In this document: positions 59,258-64,000 of the stretch, piece after piece
Layout of the letters: each line of letters begins with the position of its first letter
How positions within the stretch are numbered: position 1 is the stretch's first letter
Assembly (NCBI GenBank): GCA_965263355.1
Contig: CBDHHL010000032.1
Span: 3,552,001-3,616,000, forward strand
From: Leptolyngbyaceae cyanobacterium
GTDB taxonomy: Bacteria > Cyanobacteriota > Cyanobacteriia > Phormidesmidales > Phormidesmidaceae
DNA: 64,000 nucleotides
Direction of reading: 5' to 3'
Program-made: the position numbers and the translations under genes
Notes under the pieces: generated by a model
Database searches by the model: none
What the model was told of the DNA's origin: nothing
The model's input: only the letters and a program-made list of their open reading frames with translations

Positions 59258-59688
59258 TTTTGACGTCCCCACCAATAACGTACTAAAGGTGTCACCAAAC
59301 GGATAATAGTGAATGCGGCTTTCCCAGGCTTAAGGGGCGGCTCTACACAATCACGGGCAAAACTGAGTTTGCCATTATTAGGGGAAAAACGATAAAAACT
59401 CACACCCCGCCCATTGGGAAAAGGGATGCCACTAAGTTCAATATGCCAGGTCACACCCACAGCTAAATCATCTCCGGCAATATCATCAATGACAAATTGT
59501 AGATCGTCCGGAACTGCCTGACATGACTCTGTAAATACTCCTTCTACCGCTGCTTTACCTATAAAGGTGGCAGAAAAGTTTAAGTCTTCATAACAGCATT
59601 GGTCGTCAATTAGGGTAACTGCCTCGGCAACATCCCGATGATTAATGGCTGCGTACATGGCCCGAATCCGATTGATTGCTTGACTCAT
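59254..59688 (-). CDS. SnoaL/NTF2-like protein
   Basis: MYAAIN.RD, YEDLNF, FVIDDI, GVTWH, PFPNGRGVSFY, RDCVEP. Confidence 0.9.
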   Translation of the reverse strand: MSQAINRIRAMYAAINHRDVAEAVTLIDDQCCYEDLNFSATFIGKAAVEGVFTESCQAVPDDLQFVIDDIAGDDLAVGVTWHIELSGIPFPNGRGVSFYRFSPNNGKLSFARDCVEPPLKPGKAAFTIIRLVTPLVRYWWGRQK

Positions 59689-59766
59689 CTCGAATTGTTC
59701 ACACTAGTTTTATTCCTTTTAAAGTAGGAAAGTTTAATCTCTTCAAAAATCTTCCTGATACACTAC

Positions 59767-59804
59767 TGTGATTGTTGTCACAACTATTAGTGATTGTTGT
59801 CAAA
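59767..59804. promoter_or_regulatory. Perfect CRP box plus a degenerate tandem copy
   Basis: TGTGA-ttgttg-TCACA (59767-59782) and AGTGA-ttgttg-TCAAA (59789-59804). Confidence 0.65.
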
Positions 59805-59976
59805 TCGCCTATGCGTATTTGAAAAGCCCATTGTATTTAGGGTTTAGCTTCCTAGGAAGAACTTTAATCTTCTTGAAGCTATCCTGAAAACTTCTGGGTA
59901 TCCTTACTTTTTTATATAAGAAGTTAAGTGTTTTTGCCAGAATAGGTTCAATTAATAATGATGAGCATGTGACCGA

Positions 59977-60537
59977 ATGTTCCCGCCTTTTAATCAAAAC
60001 AACCGTAGACGACACGCTCGTCATAATTCTAAAGTAGCAACTGAGGTCTTAAACTCTGCTGTTCAAACGCCTGATCGGCTCATAGATGCGGGTTTGGCAC
60101 TAGCAAGACAGCAAGGATATCAAGCAGCTTTGGACTACTTTGACAGGGCGCTTGACCTCAGTCCCAATCATCCAGAAGCGCTTAAAAACCGTGCTTTGAC
60201 CTATGTTCACTTAGGGCAAACGCGAGCAGCGCTAGTTGATCTAGATCGGTTGATTGACCTAGATCCTAAAAATCTATGGGCCTATGCTAACCGGGCGATT
60301 ATCTTTCGTGATCTGGGCCATTATGGTAACGCTATCAGTGACTTTACTCATTTAGTCAAGTATGACCGAACTAAACGTTGGCAGTGGCTAATTTCTCGCG
60401 GTAGCACATTTAAACTCATGGGGCACTATGATGAAGCTCTGCAGGACTTTAACCAGTCTCTAAAAATTAAGCCTGACAATAGCTGGGCCATCGGTGCTCG
60501 TGATGAAATGATGCTTCAAGTAAGGCATTACTCCTAA
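59977..60537 (+). CDS. Tetratricopeptide repeat protein
   Basis: Four TPR-like repeats. Confidence 0.9.
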   Translation: MFPPFNQNNRRRHARHNSKVATEVLNSAVQTPDRLIDAGLALARQQGYQAALDYFDRALDLSPNHPEALKNRALTYVHLGQTRAALVDLDRLIDLDPKNLWAYANRAIIFRDLGHYGNAISDFTHLVKYDRTKRWQWLISRGSTFKLMGHYDEALQDFNQSLKIKPDNSWAIGARDEMMLQVRHYS

Positions 60538-60628
60538 GCCACCATTGCTTACTGATTAATCCCCCTCATTCCTTAAGATTGGTGGTTGGCCAGACCTCTT
60601 TGGGGACAGATGAAAGGATTTGTTGAAA

Positions 60629-61969
60629 CTATGTCGTATATTCGGCGTTGATGTTGACGTAGTTGTAGCTCAGATCACAACCCCACGCTTGCCCATTGCC
60701 TTCTCTATTGCCAACTGTGACTGCAATGTGTACTGGGTGAGCTAAGGCTTCAGGAGCCATAGCCCGGCGCTCAATTGCCTGAATGCCATCAGTACTAACG
60801 ATATCATTAGCTTGATTTGTGCTACTAAATGCTTGAACACTAAGGTCTGAGCATTGTTTGAGATAGCTATGGGCTGCCATCCGATCAAAGGGTTGAGGTT
60901 GACCGTGTTCCAATAGTACAAAATCCCCCATCATAATCGTTAGTTCTGTTTGATCTAAGCTGACCCCAGCTCGACCCGCAGCACCGGCAATTCTTCCCCA
61001 ATTTGGGTCTCGACCAAAAATAGCTGATTTTACTAAGGATGAACTGGCAATAGTGCGTGCAATTTTTCGGGCGTCTTGATCACTAGCGGCTCCGGATACA
61101 GATACTTCTATTAAACAGGTGGCTCCTTCTCCATCGCGGGCAACGCTTTTGGCTAGATACGTGCATACTTCGGTCAGCATTGCTTCTAATCGATTGGCAT
61201 CTGCATCTTGGGCAGAGATGATGGGGGTGTTAGATTGCCCATTGGCCAGGGCGATTACCGTATCGTTTGTACTTGTGTCACCGTCGACGGTAATTTGGTT
61301 AAAGCTTTGGTCAACGGCACGGGTGAGGAGCGTTTGCCACAGGTCTGGTGAAACGGCTGCATCACAGGTGATGAAGGCTAGCATTGTGGCCATATTAGGA
61401 TGGATCATGCCCGATCCTTTTGCCATCCCACCGATACGGATGGGACGTCCATTAAGGGTGGTTTCTAGGGCATAGGTTTTGGTGACTAAATCTGTGGTTA
61501 CAATGGCCTGGGCCGCAGCCTCACCTCCCTGATCAGATAGTTGGGCCACCAGCTGTGGTAAATGGGTTAGCAGGGGAGTCATTTTGATCCGTTGGCCAAT
61601 GACACCAGTGGAGGCGATCAATATTTGATCTGCACTAGTGTCGAGGGCAGTGGCGGTGGCCGTGGCCATGGTGACGGTATCTTCCCACCCTTGCTTACCG
61701 GTGCAAGCATTGGCCTGCCCTGAATTACAGAGAATGGCTCGAACTGAGGGTTGAGTATTTAATTGTTGTTGGCAGTAGTCTATGCAAGCTGCTCTTACTT
61801 GGGATTGGGTGTAGACTGCGGCTGCGATCGCATCATTCTCAGACACAATCAGTGCTAAATCCGGTGCTCCTGAGGCCTTGAGCCCAGCCCTAATTCCGGC
61901 GGCGGTAAAGCCTTGTGGTGCGGTTACCCCACCTGGAATCACCTGCCACTGTGTTTCACCCTGTTCCAT
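60629..61969 (-). CDS. argJ: Ornithine acetyltransferase / N-acetylglutamate synthase
   Basis: NSGQANA, STGVIG, KGSGMIHPNMATML, DGDTSTND, WGCDLS...NAEYTT. Confidence 0.97.
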   Translation of the reverse strand: MEQGETQWQVIPGGVTAPQGFTAAGIRAGLKASGAPDLALIVSENDAIAAAVYTQSQVRAACIDYCQQQLNTQPSVRAILCNSGQANACTGKQGWEDTVTMATATATALDTSADQILIASTGVIGQRIKMTPLLTHLPQLVAQLSDQGGEAAAQAIVTTDLVTKTYALETTLNGRPIRIGGMAKGSGMIHPNMATMLAFITCDAAVSPDLWQTLLTRAVDQSFNQITVDGDTSTNDTVIALANGQSNTPIISAQDADANRLEAMLTEVCTYLAKSVARDGEGATCLIEVSVSGAASDQDARKIARTIASSSLVKSAIFGRDPNWGRIAGAAGRAGVSLDQTELTIMMGDFVLLEHGQPQPFDRMAAHSYLKQCSDLSVQAFSSTNQANDIVSTDGIQAIERRAMAPEALAHPVHIAVTVGNREGNGQAWGCDLSYNYVNINAEYTT

Positions 61970-62328
61970 AGTTATCGCTTTGCTTTATCTACCTGTTTTA
62001 TCAACTGTGACGTTAATGGGTGGCCTAATTTGAACTTATCCTAAGTCTCTATGACCTACTATGAAAGACATAGGCAATACCTGTTTAAATTACCAATAGT
62101 TAGCTTGAACAGCGATTGGCTATGGTTAGCCGACAACGTTAACATTACTTCGGGACTGTTATCTGGTAAAAAAAGATTGACAACAAACCTAAGAGTACGC
62201 TCAACAGCATCTTCTCTTCCGTCAACGGTGATAAGACTTGGGGACAAATCTGAATTTGTTCAATGTGACTTGCTTGGGATGATTATTCACTGTAACAATC
62301 TCTTTTGATATCTCTCCTACCATCCTAG

Positions 62329-63672
62329 CTACCCCATCACTTGATTGACAAAGTTGGTGTATACCTCTCCCTTGAGAAATTCAGGACGTTCCAATACTTG
62401 TTGGTGAAAGCTAATTGTAGTAGGTAATCCAGTAATTGCACATTCTCTCAATGCCCGTTTCATCCGTTGAATAGCGATCATACGATTAGGACCCCAGACA
62501 ATTAACTTTCCAATGAGAGAATCATAATAAGGAGGAATCTCATAGTCAGTGTAAACATGGGAATCCATACGTACCCCAAGACCACCAGGTGCTAAATAAC
62601 CACTAATGCGGCCTGGATTAGGGCGGAAGTTATGCTCGGGATCTTCGGCGTTGATGCGACATTCAATGGCATGCCCCTTCAGGAGGATATCGTTTTGAGT
62701 AAACGATAGACGTTCGCCTTGGGCTACCCGGATTTGTTCTGCAATCAGGTCGATGCCCGTAACCATTTCAGTCACTGGATGCTCTACCTGGATCCGAGTG
62801 TTCATTTCCATAAAGTAGAAATTTTCCTGGCTGTCCACCAGGAACTCTATCGTACCCGCCCCCACATAGTTGATGGCCTTGGCAGCACGCACAGCGGCAT
62901 CTCCCATTTGTTCGCGTAGGTCAGGGTTTAGGGCCGGGCTAGGGGCTTCTTCGAGTAATTTTTGGTGGCGACGCTGAATTGAGCAATCCCGTTCGCCCAG
63001 GTGCACGACATTACCATAACTGTCGGCCAATATTTGAAACTCAATGTGGCGCGGATTCTCGACAAACTTTTCTAGATACACACCACCATTACCAAAAGCG
63101 GCTTCGGCTTCACCTTGGGCTGAAAGAAATAGCTTGGTCATTTCCCCAGCTTCTCTGACCAGCCGCATGCCACGACCGCCGCCGCCTGCTGTGGCCTTAA
63201 CCATGACGGGATAGCCGATGTCAGTAGCTAAAACCATGGCCTCTTCAGGGTTATCCAATAGGCCCTTGCTACCAGGTACTATGGGTACGTTGACCCGCTG
63301 CATGGTGGCTTTGGCTGTGGATTTGTCCCCCATGGCGCGCATCGCTGCTGCTGATGGGCCAATGAATACAATTTTATGGTCCGCACAAATATCGACGAAT
63401 CGATCATTTTCAGCCAGAAAACCGTAGCCAGGATGAATGGCGCTGGCCCCCGTTGTCATGGCGGCAGCAATGATGTTGGGGACGTTGAGGTAACTACGAC
63501 TGCTTGGGGCTTCACCAATGCAAATAGCTTCATCTGCTAGTTGGACGTGGAGGGCATGGCGATCAATGGTGGAATGAACCGCTACCGTCGCTATCCCCAT
63601 TTCCTCACAGGTGCGTAAAATGCGCAGTGCGATTTCACCTCGGTTTGCAATCAAGATTTTGGAAAAACGCAT
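62329..63672 (-). CDS. accC: Acetyl-CoA carboxylase, biotin carboxylase subunit
   Basis: LIANRGEIA, HPGYGFLAEN, GGGGRG, ERDCSIQRR, EMNTRIQVEHP. Confidence 0.97.
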   Translation of the reverse strand: MRFSKILIANRGEIALRILRTCEEMGIATVAVHSTIDRHALHVQLADEAICIGEAPSSRSYLNVPNIIAAAMTTGASAIHPGYGFLAENDRFVDICADHKIVFIGPSAAAMRAMGDKSTAKATMQRVNVPIVPGSKGLLDNPEEAMVLATDIGYPVMVKATAGGGGRGMRLVREAGEMTKLFLSAQGEAEAAFGNGGVYLEKFVENPRHIEFQILADSYGNVVHLGERDCSIQRRHQKLLEEAPSPALNPDLREQMGDAAVRAAKAINYVGAGTIEFLVDSQENFYFMEMNTRIQVEHPVTEMVTGIDLIAEQIRVAQGERLSFTQNDILLKGHAIECRINAEDPEHNFRPNPGRISGYLAPGGLGVRMDSHVYTDYEIPPYYDSLIGKLIVWGPNRMIAIQRMKRALRECAITGLPTTISFHQQVLERPEFLKGEVYTNFVNQVMG

Positions 63673-63852
63673 CAGCTAACCAGTGCCTTAAGGAATTTGT
63701 TTTATCTATGTGCATCATAGGATGGAAGCTGATCGTACCACGCAGACTTACCCGGAATAATTACTCCAAATTAGCCAAACAAAATCTAGTAATTGAAGGG
63801 GCTGTTTGTGGCATACTGCTATATGCTATTGTGCGATTTTTGATAGCATTCT

Positions 63853-63934
63853 GCGGATGTGGTGGAATTGGTAGACACGCACGCTTGAGGGGCGTGTGGC
63901 TTATGCCATGCGAGTTCGATTCTCGCCATCCGCA
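63853..63934 (+). tRNA. tRNA-Leu(GAG)
   Basis: GCGGATG acceptor stem, anticodon arm CACGC-TT GAG GG-GCGTG, long variable arm, GTTCGA T-loop; CCA not encoded. Confidence 0.97.
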
Positions 63935-64000
63935 TTAATTTTTTGTTTCCAAAGGGCTAGTACTAGCGATACCTTAAGCAATCGGTTGAGATAAGGATAG

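Larger units (their letters stand above)
2921..61831. repeat. HIP1 octamer GCGATCGC, dispersed (span given is first to last copy seen)
   Basis: Copies seen e.g. at 2921, 5338, 6547, 15861, 21603, 27074, 31781, 39461, 47997, 57061 and 61824. Hallmark of many cyanobacteria. Counted by eye. Confidence 0.9.

Noticed and set aside
62051..62308. Overlapping short ORFs between argJ and accC
   Set aside because: Neither has recognisable features; cannot be supported from the sequence alone.
63627..63938. 103-aa ORF
   Set aside because: Overlaps the accC start and tRNA-Leu; shadow ORF.
63853..64000. tRNA-Leu as an integration site
   Set aside because: No integrase and no duplicated tRNA 3' end seen; the window ends 66 nt later.

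Overview
64-kb chromosomal window of a cyanobacterium: the HIP1 octamer GCGATCGC recurs about 20 times by eye, alongside cyanobacterial genes such as dgdA, fraH and the DUF2605/DUF2973 pair. In order it holds: a histidine kinase; two DUF697 GTPase-like genes (one frameshifted); a Wzy-dependent exopolysaccharide cluster with a sulfotransferase; a GldA/F/G-DUF4340 ABC operon; a dynamin-like protein; a GT2-membrane glycosyltransferase/DUF547/TIGR04282 operon; recO-MFS-dgdA; pgl-fraH-FHA-LRAT; an ECF sigma/anti-sigma pair; an RTX Ca-binding protein; a small defence patch (NaeI-like R-M system, vapBC, Uma2, and a decayed duplicate of the Uma2-vapBC unit); tlyA; SulP-USP; peptide ABC permeases split by a repeat-containing nuclease gene; aspC, argJ, accC and tRNA-Leu(GAG). 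The least explained structure is in the 57.9-58.5 kb intergenic region. Five CRP-type [T/G]GTGA half-sites sit there at an exact 22-bp period, upstream of an orphan terminator-ended, Yfr1-like (CUCCUCACAC) candidate small RNA, and a perfect CRP box with a 22-bp-phased partner lies 1.4 kb away. All family assignments come from motif recognition by eye; no searches were run.
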